Source: Octopus sinensis (lineage: Eukaryota). Taken from it: a stretch of 64,000 nucleotides of DNA. The notes beneath the pieces are model-generated. The model was given only the letters and a program-made list of their open reading frames with translations. It made no database searches and was not told the DNA's origin. A program made the translations under genes and the position numbers. The stretch covers positions 31,811 to 95,810 of the forward strand of contig NW_021832563.1 of NCBI RefSeq assembly GCF_006345805.1, given 5' to 3'. Below, piece by piece: positions 1 to 12,589 of this stretch; position 1 is the stretch's first letter, and each line of letters opens with the position of its first letter.

Positions 1-28
1 ATATATATACATATATACATGCATACAT

Positions 29-72
<44 letters not shown>

Positions 73-153
73 GCATACACACACACATATATATGTATAT
101 ATACAAACACATATATATATGTATATATATATATATATATACATATATATATA
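1..153. repeat. (AT)n/(ATAC)n microsatellite
   Basis: Direct dinucleotide and tetranucleotide repeat; source of the YI-rich ORFs. Confidence 0.95.
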
Positions 154-674
154 ATAATGTTTCCGTCGTCATTCTTGTTCTTGCTGATGTTTTCATCCTT
201 GTTGCTGTTGTTAATGTTGTTGTTCTTTTAGGTTTTTACTGTTGTCGCTGTTGTTGTTGTTACTGTTCCTCCTACTTTTACTATTGTTATTGTTGCCCTT
301 GTAGAAATTGTTGTTGTTGTTGTCGCTGTTGTCTTTTCTTTCACCTTCATTTTATTATTAGTTTTATTCTTCTTCTTCTTCTTCTTGTTCTCTTAGATCG
401 TTAATGTACGATTTCATTGTTCTTTTTTAAGCTACAACGTCGTCTTCCTTGTCTTTTGTCGTTGTTGTTTGTGTTTTGGGTTTTGTTATTGTTCCTGGTG
501 ATATTTTTTTGTTGTTGTTTTCGTTCTATTTACCATTTCTTTGGCATCCGTGTAATTATTCTAAGAGAAACACCAAGAGATTCCTCAAAACGCGACATCA
601 TTGCCGTACCAAAGTCGGCACATCCGGATGATTAAAGAAAAAGAAAGAGGTGATGAAAAGGAACTGAAAAATAT

Positions 675-730
675 CATCATCATCATCATCGTCATCATCA
701 TCATCATCATCGCCGTTGTCCTCATCGTCG

Positions 731-771
<41 letters not shown>

Positions 772-1418
772 GCCGTCGACGTCATCGTCGTCATCATCGT
801 CATCATCATCATCACCACCACTTTCATCATCATAATTTTCATCATCATCATCATCATCATCATCACCGTCATCGTCGTCATCGTCACCTTCATCAACGTC
901 ATTTTCATCGTCATCGTCAACATCATCATCATGATCATCAGCCCCATCGTCAGTCATCATCATCGCCATGCCATCGTCATCATCATCGTTATTGTTATTA
1001 TTATTATTATTATTATTGTTGTTGTTGTTGTTGTTGTTGTGGACGTCATAGTTTTAGTTGCTGTTTTGTTATAAATTTTATTATTAAAGGAATCATTAAC
1101 AGAATTATCATTGTGATCGTGATAAGTGTCGTCATTTTCATCACCACCACCACCACCGCCGCCGACGCTGCCGACATCACCATCACCGCCACTACCACTA
1201 CCACCACCACCACCACCACAACCACCATCACCACCACCGCCACTACCAACACCACCACCACCAACAACAACAACACTACTACTACCACCACCACAACCAT
1301 TACCACCACCACCATCACCACCACCGCCGTCTCCGCCACCGCCACTAACACCACCACCACCACACCACCAACCACCACCACCACCACCACCACCACCACC
1401 ACCACCACCACCACCACA
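675..1418. repeat. Compound trinucleotide repeat (CAT)n-(ATT)n-(GTT)n-(ACC)n
   Basis: Direct repeat reading; explains the poly-D/I/M/T/P/G ORFs. Confidence 0.95.
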
Positions 1419-1584
1419 CCGATAAAATAAGTTCCAGTCATTAACTGGGGTCGATATATCCAGCCACCACCGTCTGGCTTTGTGGCAAAAAATTCCTTTT
1501 TTAGTTTTTTTTGTATGTTTGTTTTGTAATTCCATATTAATTCCGAATGTCGAAATCTCTATTATATCAGCCTTGGAGTAATAA

Positions 1585-1770
1585 ACCTTTCTACTAAAGG
1601 TACAAGATATGAAATTGGGAAAGTGGGGACTGGCGATTGCATCAACACCGCTACTCAACTATTATTTATTTTATCGACCCTAAAGGGATGACACACGATC
1701 TCAGCGGAATTTGAACTCAGAACGTAAAGACGGACGAAATGCCGCTAACGCTTCTTCTATCTCACCGCCT
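1585..1770 (-). mobile_element. Degenerate tRNA-derived SINE (family A)
   Basis: Reverse complement of the family A head (cggaatttgaactcagaacgtaaagacggacgaaatgccgctaa), matching the cleaner copies at 4187 and 6488. Confidence 0.7.
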
Positions 1771-1774
1771 CATT

Positions 1775-1817
<43 letters not shown>

Positions 1818-1843
1818 TAATAATAATGATGATGATGATGATG

Positions 1844-1902
<59 letters not shown>

Positions 1903-1903
1903 G

Positions 1904-1939
<36 letters not shown>

Positions 1940-1942
1940 TAA

Positions 1943-1974
<32 letters not shown>

Positions 1975-1983
1975 TAATAATAA
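1775..1983. repeat. (AAT)n/(GAT)n microsatellite
   Basis: Direct repeat reading. Confidence 0.95.
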
Positions 1984-1984
1984 A

Positions 1985-2539
1985 TGCCCTGATGCAGTAC
2001 CAGGTAGTGGCTCTCATGGCTTCTGATCTTAACTGATTAGAAGTGTTATCATGTACATTGTTTTGTCTTGGTATAAAAGATGGGCTACAGCAAATATTCT
2101 GCTCAATACCACAGATTTGCTTGTCAGTTGTTTGACCTTAACCAGTTGAGCATATATCTTAGTGGCTGACGATATGTGCATCTCTCATCACGAGCAGAAG
2201 TAGTGGGGGAACATCATAGCCATGTGTTGAGAGGGATTCTTTGGGGTTTGAATAATTCACCTCTGGAAACATGGGTGGTTCTTTCAACATCCCTAAACAA
2301 CCCTTATTCAGGGACCTTTTGAGCGGGATGGGCTACTCAACCTGAAGAAAATTCTAACTGGGCCCCACCTGCAAGGTCATGTGCTGTTTATCTTGACATG
2401 AGATCACCATGTGGCGCACATATGGTTGTGATGCATGTGCATGGTGTACCTTTATCAGACGGGTAGTCATGATGGGTATATTGGGCTTCATATATTTTAC
2501 CCCAGTGTCACTTTGATGGCATGCACTGCTCTCTCACTC

Positions 2540-2540
<1 letters not shown>
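1985..2540 (+). mobile_element. About 555-bp non-coding interspersed element embedded in (AAT)n; probable non-autonomous retroposon or LINE 3' UTR
   Basis: Complex sequence flanked on both sides by (AAT)n and ending ...ctctctcactc-(AAT)n. No convincing ORF. Recalled as a common octopus repeat; orientation is inferred from the tail. Confidence 0.55.
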
Positions 2541-2589
<49 letters not shown>

Positions 2590-2620
2590 TAATAATTCCT
2601 TTTTCTTTTCATTTTTTTTA

Positions 2621-3092
<472 letters not shown>

Positions 3093-3108
3093 AATAATAA
3101 TAACAATG

Positions 3109-3177
<69 letters not shown>

Positions 3178-3189
3178 TCTGCTATTTGC

Positions 3190-3650
3190 GTTTGCATGCT
3201 TACAAAGATTGCTTACCAAAAATTACCAGGCTTACCTTCTTCAAACTGGTTCTGACACTAAATTCTCCAACACATTTGACGGAACAATAGCTCATCTCGT
3301 CTCGGAATGTCCTGTGTCGACACCAAATGACTACAAATATCGCAACGATAGGGGTGGACATTATTTACACTGGGAAATATGTAAGCACTACAAAATCAGC
3401 ACTCCTGCTTACTGGTCAGAACATCAACTGGAGCCAGTCGCTGAAGGTAAAAATGTCAGTATCCTCTGGGATTTTTCAGTCAACACCGACAGAACGATCC
3501 AGGCTAATCGACCAGACATAGTCACAAGAAACGGAAAAGAAAATACTTGTAGACTAATAGATGTAAGTGTTCACTCTGATAAAAATATATCTATAAAGGG
3601 ATTTGACAAATTAAGTTAATATAAGGACCTGGAAATTGAAATAGGAAAGA
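3190..3650 (+). pseudogene. Fragment of an RLE-type non-LTR retrotransposon (R4/Dong-like): zinc knuckle remnant plus restriction-like endonuclease
   Basis: ORF 3209-3619 contains HLVSECP..HYLHWEICK, ILWDF, RPDIV..IDVSV and continues into YKDLEIEI, the PD-(D/E)xK endonuclease region of R4/NeSL-type elements. Preceded by (AAT)n. Confidence 0.8.
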
Positions 3651-3724
3651 TAACCCGCAAAGGATGAAACGCGAAGACGAATGAAATACCGCTAAGCATT
3701 TCGCCCGGCGTACTAACGCTTCTG

Positions 3725-3786
<62 letters not shown>

Positions 3787-3787
3787 T

Positions 3788-4120
3788 TCTAAAAAATGTT
3801 TTCTAATTGATGTATCAATACCAGCGGAGACCAACGTGTCTCTAAAAGAAATGGAGAAAAAAAAATACATAACAAAAACACCAGGACTTACAAACACATA
3901 TAACATACAGAAAATTGCAATACTAGGCACTGCACAGATCCTACGAAGAACACTTTCCATACAATAACCATCTGAGCATCACAACAAATCACAGCACATA
4001 CCCAAGGCACACAGAGCTGCGCTCGGTAGTGAAGTGAAAGCACGATATAAAAAATATACTACTGAATAATAATAATAATTATAATAATAATAATAATAAT
4101 AATAACAACAATAACAATAA
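3788..4120 (+). pseudogene. 3' end of a second R4/Dong-like element with 3' UTR and (AAT)n tail
   Basis: Translates KCFLIDVSIPAETNVSLKEMEK..IQKIAILGTAQILRRTLSIQ*, followed by a short UTR and an (AAT)n tail. Confidence 0.75.
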
Positions 4121-4186
4121 TATTAGATAGAAACTAATAATAAGAAGAAACTTTGGGAGAGAGAGCTAGTCGACTAACAATAATAA

Positions 4187-4356
4187 TCCTTTCTACATCG
4201 ACCCCAGTAATTCACTGGTACTTAATTTAACGACTCCGAAAGCATAAAAGGCAAAGTCGACTTCAGCGGGATTTGAAATCAGAACATAGCGGCAAACGAG
4301 ATACCGCGCTAAGCATTTCGCCCGGCGTGCTAACGATTCTGCCAGCTCGCCGCCTT
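4187..4356 (-). mobile_element. tRNA-derived SINE (family A)
   Basis: Minus strand reads aaggcggcgagctggcagaatcgttagcacgccgggcgaaatgcttagcgg..gatttcaaatccc; A-box- and B-box-like motifs. Confidence 0.9.
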
Positions 4357-4514
4357 AATAATAATTATACTAATAATAATAATAATAACAATAATAATAA
4401 TAGCAATAATAATAACAATAATAATAATAATAATAATAATGATAATAATAATACTACTACTACTAATAATAATGATGATGATGATGATGATGATGACGAT
4501 GATGATGACGGTGG

Positions 4515-4546
<32 letters not shown>

Positions 4547-4553
4547 GTGATGG

Positions 4554-4598
<45 letters not shown>

Positions 4599-4800
4599 AG
4601 ATAATGATGATGCTGATGGTGATGATGATGATGGTGATGATGGTGACGATGATGATGATAGCAGTTTTAGTATTAATCCTCGTTTTAGTAGTAGTAATGG
4701 TAGTAGTGGCAGCAGCAGCAGCAACCGTTGCTTTCCTCGTAGTAGTAGGAGTAGTAGTAGCAGCAGCAGCAGCAGCAGAGTAAGGATAAGTATTAGTAAT
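4357..4800. repeat. Compound (AAT)n-(GAT)n-(AGT/AGC)n repeat
   Basis: Direct repeat reading. Confidence 0.95.
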
Positions 4801-5036
4801 TAAAGTAATTATCTTCTTTATTGATGTATTTCTTCGTTCGTTCGAGTTTGTTTATTTGTTTATTTAATTATTTAATTGTTGTCATTGACTGCGTAACTGT
4901 TGTCATTAAACCGGAAACGGAAATCATTTAGCGTGGCAAACTATCGGATGTATTCTAATGCAATTAGTTGGTAGGAGGGAAGGTAGGTGCGATCGATGTA
5001 AAGCTATGGTGGTGACGGTGGTGGTGAAAAAACACA

Positions 5037-5280
<244 letters not shown>

Positions 5281-6487
5281 ACAATATGAGAGAGAATCTA
5301 CTATGTGGACGCTCTTACGCTAGATGTAGATCCGCAAAGGGACTGAACCACTAAGAATTGTTCTCGAGAAAAATTTTAGCACGCTAAGTACGTAAGCGTG
5401 CAGGACAAATGAAAAATAACAGAAATATAAATTATATATAGTAGACATGCATATATGTTTGCTTGTATGTGTGTATGCATATGTGCATGTATGCAAGCAA
5501 GCTTGTATGTATGTATGTATGTATGTATGTATTAGACAATTCTATGATTGATCAATCGGACTTTTGGTTGGTTGCTTTGTTTGTTGTCTTGTCTTCTTTG
5601 GCGTTCATTGGCTCATTGATCGAATTCCGATATATATATATATATATATATATACATATCTGTGTTCGATTATTTGTTGAGTCAAATTTCATTCTATTTC
5701 AACATTTTTAGAATCTATTTATGGCTGGTTGCCCGTTTCTACCTCAGTGGAATCTGTACCAGACAAATCTGTAGTTTGTGCTCTGATCTAGATTTTAACT
5801 GTCAAATATGACTTGGTTACCAAATGGTGTAGTCCATCTGGGCGTAAACAGCGTGAATAGCAACCACATGGACGAGAAATAAACTCGGCTCTGTGAAGCT
5901 ATGACTGCTGTAATTTTCACGTCTGTTTCGAAGTGCTGAGTTGAAATCTACCTATCGGCATATATTGGAGAGTGTTCAACATGAGTTCCCACAGCTTCGA
6001 TATAATACAACATCAATATCAACACCATCATTATCATCCTCATTATCACAATCAACAGCAAAGCATCATTAGCATGCCGGACTAAATTCTTTGCGGCGTT
6101 TTGTCCACCTTTGTGTTCTGAGTTGAAATATTTCCGAGGTCGACTTTGACTTTAATTCTTTCGGTGTTGTTCAAGTAACTACCAGTTGAGCACTTTGATC
6201 GGTGTAATCGAATGCGCCCTCATTCAAAATTGCAACTTTTGTGCCAAAATTTGAAGCTAATATTAGCCACATCACTATCATATTCGTGTATTAGTGTTTA
6301 AGGTGTTGCAATCATAAGCATAAGATCGTGATTTCGATTCCCGGACAGGCTTGCTCACTGTGTTCTTGTGCGAAACAATTTATTTCACATTGCTTCAATT
6401 CATTGCTGTAAATCAGTGAACTGGTGTCCCGGTGAAAGAGAACGTTACGATCTCGGTTACTTATAGCCCATAGAAACTGGCTAAAGA

Positions 6488-6720
6488 AGGCGGTGAGCTG
6501 GCAGAATCGTTAGCACTCCGGGCGAAATACTTAGCGGTATTTCATCTGCCGTTACATTCTGAGTTCAAAATCCGCCGAGGTCACCTTTGCCTTTCATCCT
6601 GTTGGGGTCGATAAATTAAGTACCAGTTGCTTACTGGAGTCTATCTAATCGACTTAATCCCTTTGTCTGTGCTTGTTTGTCCCCTCTGTGTTTAGCCCCT
6701 TGTGGCCAATAAAGAAATAA
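6488..6720 (+). mobile_element. Full-length tRNA-derived SINE (family A) with a LINE-like 3' tail
   Basis: A box tggcagaatcgttagc, B box gagttcaaaatcc, core ggggtcgataaattaagtaccagtt, tail ...ttgtcccctctgtgtttagccccttgtggccaataaagaaa. Confidence 0.92.
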
Positions 6721-6862
6721 GAGACTGGCTAAACAAAAATCTGCACCTTCCACAGTGAGCCGATCAACCCCTCATCACCATCTTCTCTTTATAAAACTTT
6801 GTTGTGTAAGGTCGGAACAATGTGTAAAGTAAACTACAAATAGAAAAGAAAACAAAAATTAC

Positions 6863-6907
6863 CTTATATTTGTGTATTTCGGAGCTATGAGCTTCTCTTG
6901 GGGACAT
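6863..6907 (-). CDS. Probable first coding exon of an unidentified host gene (MSPREAHSSEIHKYK, phase-0 intron follows)
   Basis: ATG at 6907 in ccaaATG context, exactly 15 codons, then an AAG|GTAATT donor at 6862. Lies directly downstream of a CpG-rich non-repetitive leader. Protein not recognised. Confidence 0.5.
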
Positions 6908-7370
6908 TTGGAAAAGCGAGGGATGGAAAAAGTGGTTGCCCAGATGTGTGGGGAGGAAAGGGTAAAAAAGGAAATTGGACGAAGGTGACGACGGCCTTTC
7001 GATCGCACCGCGTCGCCGGAACGCAGTGGCTCGGTCGGATGGGCTCGTTCGCAAAAAAAAACAAAACAAAATACATTCTTTGACGCAAGGAAGCAATCAC
7101 GCGGCAGAGGCGCCCGCCTCTGTCTCTCGTCTTCTCGTTCCGCCTCGGCTGCGCTGCGCCCTCACCCCCGCAAACAAAAGCGTACCGACTCGCCGCAGCC
7201 TCGGTTTTCTTTTCGCTCCACTGTTTCTTCCGTTCGTCGTTCGTCGTCCTTTCCACCGCGTACCCGCCGCGTACCCGCCGCGCGCCCAATGCCGATCTTT
7301 TCGAACCACTTCCACCCGTGTATCCGTCCGTCCATCCGTCCGTCCGCCCGTCCCCCTCTAGTATTGTTAC
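6908..7370 (-). promoter_or_regulatory. GC/CpG-rich 5' UTR and promoter region
   Basis: The most CpG-dense non-repeat block in the window; CCAAT near 7287 and a GC-box-like ccgccc near 7344; adjoins the exon above. Confidence 0.55.
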
Positions 7371-7392
7371 AGTTATCAGTCTCTTTCATATA

Positions 7393-7821
7393 CAAGGTGT
7401 TCAAAAAATCCCTGTAGTAGGTATTTTATTGCAAAATAAATATTTATAAGATGGTGTAAGACAACAAAAGAATATATTAGACTTTACAAGACTTAAAAAA
7501 ACAAAAAAACAACTTTATAAGAGGTGTTGTAAGTGTCGTCCTTCGTTTTCAATACGTAAGTTGACTCTTCTAGACATGTTTTGAAATACATCTTGGAGAC
7601 TCTGACGCGGTATGGACCGTGTAAAGGTTATGATCGCATATTTTAGCTCATTAATGGTTTTCGGGCGATTCTTGTACACTGAGCCTTTACTTGCTTCCCA
7701 ACCTAAAAAAATTAAAAAAGCTCTGTTGGTGTCAAAATCAGGTGTTCCTGGTGGCCAAAGTCCCTTCGAAATAATCCATTCACCGAGAAATTCACTGCGA
7801 AGGGACTTTTTGAACACCCTG
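7393..7821 (-). mobile_element. Internally deleted Tc1/mariner transposon
   Basis: TIRs CAAGGTGTTCAAAAAATCCCT / AGGGACTTTTTGAACACCCTG with TA on both sides. Minus ORF 7515-7817 encodes a transposase C-terminus (WPPGTPD..KGSVYKNRPKTINELK..ENEGRHLQHLL). Confidence 0.9.
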
Positions 7822-8599
7822 TATTTCCTTTCTGTTGTTTATGGCTGGGCTGACCTCGGTTTGTTGATAAGGAGGTCGGACGTGATTCCATGATTGCCCC
7901 TGTTGCGTTGGGTGGCCCTGATGGAAAGCTTAAAATCCTGGGTCTGGCACTTCTCTATATGTTTTATTTTAAAGTGTATTAAACACAAACGAACAAAGTC
8001 CATATATATTAGCTTGAGTAAATTCCAGTCTTGCATAGATGGAAACTGTACGAAACATTGTGACATTCTGTAACGCGAATCTGGTTTGTAAATTACGTTA
8101 AGTGTGTATTCGAGCCTACGGAATATCCAGCCACTTATATTCACACGTTGAATTAAGGAGACGGACGATTAGCTGATGGAACAAGTGAATGCTCTTCGTG
8201 GATAATGACGGAGGATCTATCATAGTTGGAAAAGAAATATAAACTGCATCTTGATGCTGGGAATAAGTTTGATGATGGATCTGTCGTATCAGGAATTACT
8301 TTGGAACAAACAACAACAACAACAGCAGCAAAAATAACAACAACAGCAATAACAGCAGCAGTAGCAGCAACAACAACAGCAAAAACAACAGCAGCAGCAG
8401 TATCAACGAGAACAAAAACAACAGACAACAACAACAACAAGAGCAGCAGCAGCAACGGCAGCAGCAGCAGCAATTGTGTTTTGCAGAATTGGAGCAATGG
8501 ATAAAATGGTTGAAATAATGTCCTTTTAATTTCTCTGGTTCTGAGTTCAAATTCTTCTTCAAAAGATTTGACGAAATAAAACTCCCTGTCGTTACCAAG

Positions 8600-10900
8600 A
8601 CAAATAATCGCCAACACTATTCCATCGTCTCCGCCACTGCCAAAATCATCACCACCACACTTATTACAACCACCGCAAATATACCATCGTCACTAACTAC
8701 CACCACAACAACAAAAACCACCGCCACCCTCACCAATATTACATCACCTCATCACCATCACCATTATCACTATCACCATCATCATCATCATTTCCGCTAT
8801 AGCAATCCCCACAACCACGACCACTATTACCATGTTTCCACAACGATGACGGCCACCACCACCACCACCACCACTACCGCCACTGTTGCCGCCCCGCCAC
8901 CTATATGACAAGCACTACCATATTCCTACGACGATGACGACGACGACTACTACTACACGTCACCACCACCACCACCACCACCACCACCACCACCACATCT
9001 ACCACTATTATCATCATCATCACCACAACCATTTTCACTGCCGCCACAACCACCACCACCACCAACACAATTAGCATCACCATCACCACCACCACCACCA
9101 CCACCACCATTACCACCACCACCACCACCACCATCACCATCACCACCACCACCACTACCACCACCACCATAACCATAACCATAACCACCACCACCACCAC
9201 CACTACCACCACCACCACTACCATCCCCATCACGATCATCACCACCACCACCAACACATTTACCACTATTATCATCATCATCATCACCACCACAACCATT
9301 TTCACTGCCACCACCACCACCACTGCACCCCTCACCCATACCATCACCAACCACTTTTGTACAGCTCCATTGTTAATCCAACCTAATTAAACAATACATA
9401 ATTAAAAATGAATTAAAACGCCGTTTGAAATGAATCCGAAATATTGATTGTACGTGAACTTGGAGGAGTTGAAACAATAGTCACTGATTAACACTGTATA
9501 GGAGGTAGTATCCTAGTGGTGGCGGTGGGGGGGAAATGACAGTAGTGGTGGTGGTAACGATGATAGTGTCAGTGCTGGTTGTGGTGGTAGTATTAGCGAT
9601 GTGTGATTGCGGTGGAGTCGGTAAAGGTGAAGGTGGTGGCGATGAAGATGGCTGTGATGGTAGTTGAGGTGGTGTGGTGATTGTGGTAGGGGTGGCAATA
9701 CTGGTTTCGGTGGCATTATTAGCGGTAGTGTTGGTAAAGGTGATGGTGAAGGTAGTTGAGGTACGGAGGTGAAGGTGGTAGTGGTAGTGTTGCTGGTGGT
9801 GGTGGTGATAGTGGTAGTAGTACTGGTTGTGGCAGTAGTATTAGCGGTGGTGGTAGTTGAGTTATGGAGGTGATGGTGGTACTGGTAGTGTTGTGGTGGT
9901 AGTACTAGCGGTGGTGCTGGTAAAGGTGATGGTGGTGATGATGACGGTTGAGGTGGTAGTGGAGGCATGGAAGTGATAGAAGTAGTGGTGGTTGTGGTGA
10001 GGGTGGTTGCAGTGGTAAAGGTGTTGTTAGTGGTGGTGGTGGTAGTAGTAGTGGTCATAGTATTGGTATAGTAATGACAGTGTAGTATAGGCTGTAGATC
10101 TCTAGTAGTACTGTTCTAGTGGCGATAGTATTATAGTAGCGGCGGTAGTGCCATAGTGGTAGAGATGATGGCAGTGTTCATATTTTGGAGTTGGTTGTGG
10201 TGGTAGTGGTGGTAATATTGACAATGTCTGTAATGGTTGTAGTGGTGATGATGATGTTAGTGGTGGCAGAGTGGTAGTGGCGGTGTTAGTAGTGGTAACA
10301 GAGAATGTAAAAGCTTATGTTGGTAATGGTTGTGGTAGTGATGGTTTTGGTGGTAGTACAGTTGTGTAGCTATTGTTGTAGCATAGGAGTGGTATAAAAC
10401 AGAGGAAGGGCAGTGTTTGTAGTAGAGATGTTTGTGGTGGTAGTGGAAGTGGTGTTTGTAGTGGTAGTGTTGGTGGTAGTAGAAGTGGTAGTGGTAACGG
10501 TGGTTGTAGTTCTGATGGGGATAGTAAAGGCGTTAGTAGCATTGGTAGTGGTGATGGTTGTTGTGGTAGAGGTTGTAGTAGTATTGGTGGTGGTTGTGGT
10601 GGTAGTGGTGATGTTTGTAGTGGCGGTTGTAGGAGTGGTAGTGGTGTAATAGTTGCAGTGGTTGTAGTAGTTGTGTAAGTGGTGGTAGAATTTGTTACAA
10701 TAGCGGTTGTAGTGTTGTAGCAGCTGTGCTTACGACAAAATGTTATTATGTTGGCTATGGTGGTAATGGCATAGTTGTATGGGCAGTAGTAGAAGTGGTG
10801 ATGGTATCGGCACTGTTATGGCGATAGCTGCAGTTTGAGTGGAATGCAGTTTTTAGAGTTTATTGTATAGGATGTAGTTTTAGTGGTAATAATTGAAATC
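8600..10900. repeat. Degenerate (ACC)n block (8600-9350) and (GGT/AGT)n block (9510-10900)
   Basis: Direct reading; low-complexity trinucleotide sequence with opposite strand bias on either side of a short unique island. Confidence 0.9.
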
Positions 10901-11146
10901 GTTATTGTGGTTTAACCCCAGATCAGAGGGCACTCCAGCCGTGACCTTCTTGCCTGAGTTTTTGATACGCAATCTTTTCTTTATATGACGGGTGGGAATT
11001 CTATGAACGGGGGGGGGGAGGTTGTTTGGTCGTTGTTTCTAGCGGCTCAATCGACCCTCTGTCAAGTAGCTTCGCCATGGTACCTTGTGTTGGCGTTGTT
11101 GAGGTTGTGGTGATGGTGATGATGATGATGATGATGATGATGATGA

Positions 11147-11217
<71 letters not shown>

Positions 11218-11263
11218 GGCGGCGACGATGACAATGATTTCGAAACAAACATATAAAAGAGAA

Positions 11264-11306
<43 letters not shown>

Positions 11307-11528
11307 GAGAAAGAGAGGGAGAAAAGAAATGAGTATAAGATACAAAAAAATAAAAAGTAAAGTTTGAGCATTAAAAACGAAAAATGTCAGTCACGTGGTT
11401 TTCTCAAGAAATCGTAACTAGAACATCATCAACAACAACAACAGCAACAACAACGGCAAACATTGAAATAAGTTGTCAATTCTTCGAAGGGTATATCTCT
11501 ATTCCATTTATATATATATATATATATA

Positions 11529-11822
11529 TCACGTGACCGACCAGACCATCAGATGTTGTTACACATCGCTGGTCACAATGCGTTCGCATTGTTTTAGCCT
11601 TCGAAAGACGCCACCCCGCTGGCTAAGCGAGCAGGCCAACAGAAGAAAGAGTGGGAGAAAGAGTGGTAAAAGAGTACAGCAGGGTTCGCCCCCCTGCCGG
11701 AGCCTCGTGGGGCTTTTAGGTGTTTTTGCTCAATAAACACTCACAACGCCCGGTCTGGGAATCGAAACCGCGATCTTACGACCGCGAGTCCGCTGCCCTA
11801 ACCACTGGGCCATTGCGCCTCC
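11529..11822 (-). mobile_element. tRNA(Arg-like)-derived SINE (family C)
   Basis: Minus head tggaggcgcaatggcccagtggttagggcagcggactcgcggtcgtaagatcgcggtttcgattcccagacc has A and B boxes and a TCG anticodon-like loop. No CCA or terminator; long non-tRNA body. Confidence 0.9.
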
Positions 11823-11841
11823 ATATATGTATATTTTTTTG

Positions 11842-12233
11842 TACTTGTTTCAGTCATTTGACTGCGGCCATGCTGGAGCACCGCCTTTGTCGAGCAAATC
11901 GACCCCGGGACTTATCTTTGTAAGCCCAGTAGTTATTCTATCGGTCTCTTTGCCGAACCGCTAAGTGCCGGGAACGTAACACAAACCACCATCGGTTGTC
12001 AAACGATGCTAGGGGGACAACACGAGATCCACAACACGCACACAATATATATATATACATATATAGGAACGGGCTCTTTTCAGTTTCCGTCTACCAAAAT
12101 CCACTCACAAGGCATTGGTCGGCCCGGGGCTATAGCAGAAGACACTTGCCCAAGATGGCACGCAGTGGGACTGAACCCGGAACCATGTGGTTAGTTAGCA
12201 AGCTACTTACCACACAACCACTCCTCTGCGCCT
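11842..12233 (-). mobile_element. tRNA-derived SINE (family B)
   Basis: Near full-length match to the copies at 43011 and 50329. Confidence 0.92.
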
Positions 12234-12270
<37 letters not shown>

Positions 12271-12340
12271 ACATATATACATATCTACACACCCAATTTA
12301 ATACAACAACTGCATTGTGACGTCTAAACCAGTGAATGTA

Positions 12341-12554
12341 TTGGGTTGTCCGAAAAGTTGGTGCCGATTTTTACAGGAAAGAAAAAGGTCAATAAATACT
12401 TGCCATTACATTTTTAATCAACCAAATATGAACCATTTTGTTGCACAACCTTTCCTTTAACTTGAAATACCCTCCTCCCAGAACTGAGGTGCCTCGGAGG
12501 GTAAGTCGAAAGGTAAACTACTATAAATCGGCACGAACTTTCCGGACTACCTAA
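12341..12554 (-). mobile_element. Miniature mariner derivative (214 bp)
   Basis: TIRs ttgggttgtccgaaaagttggtgccgattt / aaatcggcacgaactttccggactacctaa, TA flanks; interior encodes the mariner C-terminal KVVQQNGSYLVD*. Confidence 0.85.
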
Positions 12555-12589
12555 TACAAATAGATAGAGGTATACGTATACACACGCCC

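Noticed and set aside
5700-6060. Possible second exon of the minus-strand gene
   Set aside because: Only weak donor and acceptor candidates without a polypyrimidine tract, and no sustained open frame.
8150-8310. Protein-like stretch LEKKYKLHLDAGNKFDDGSVVSGITLEQ
   Set aside because: An in-frame stop lies immediately upstream, the start is non-ATG, there are no convincing splice sites, and it runs into (AAC/AGC)n. No family recognised.
11750-11822. tRNA-Arg-like cloverleaf
   Set aside because: It is the head of a multi-copy SINE with a long downstream body and a poor acceptor stem; the same applies to the other A/B-box heads.
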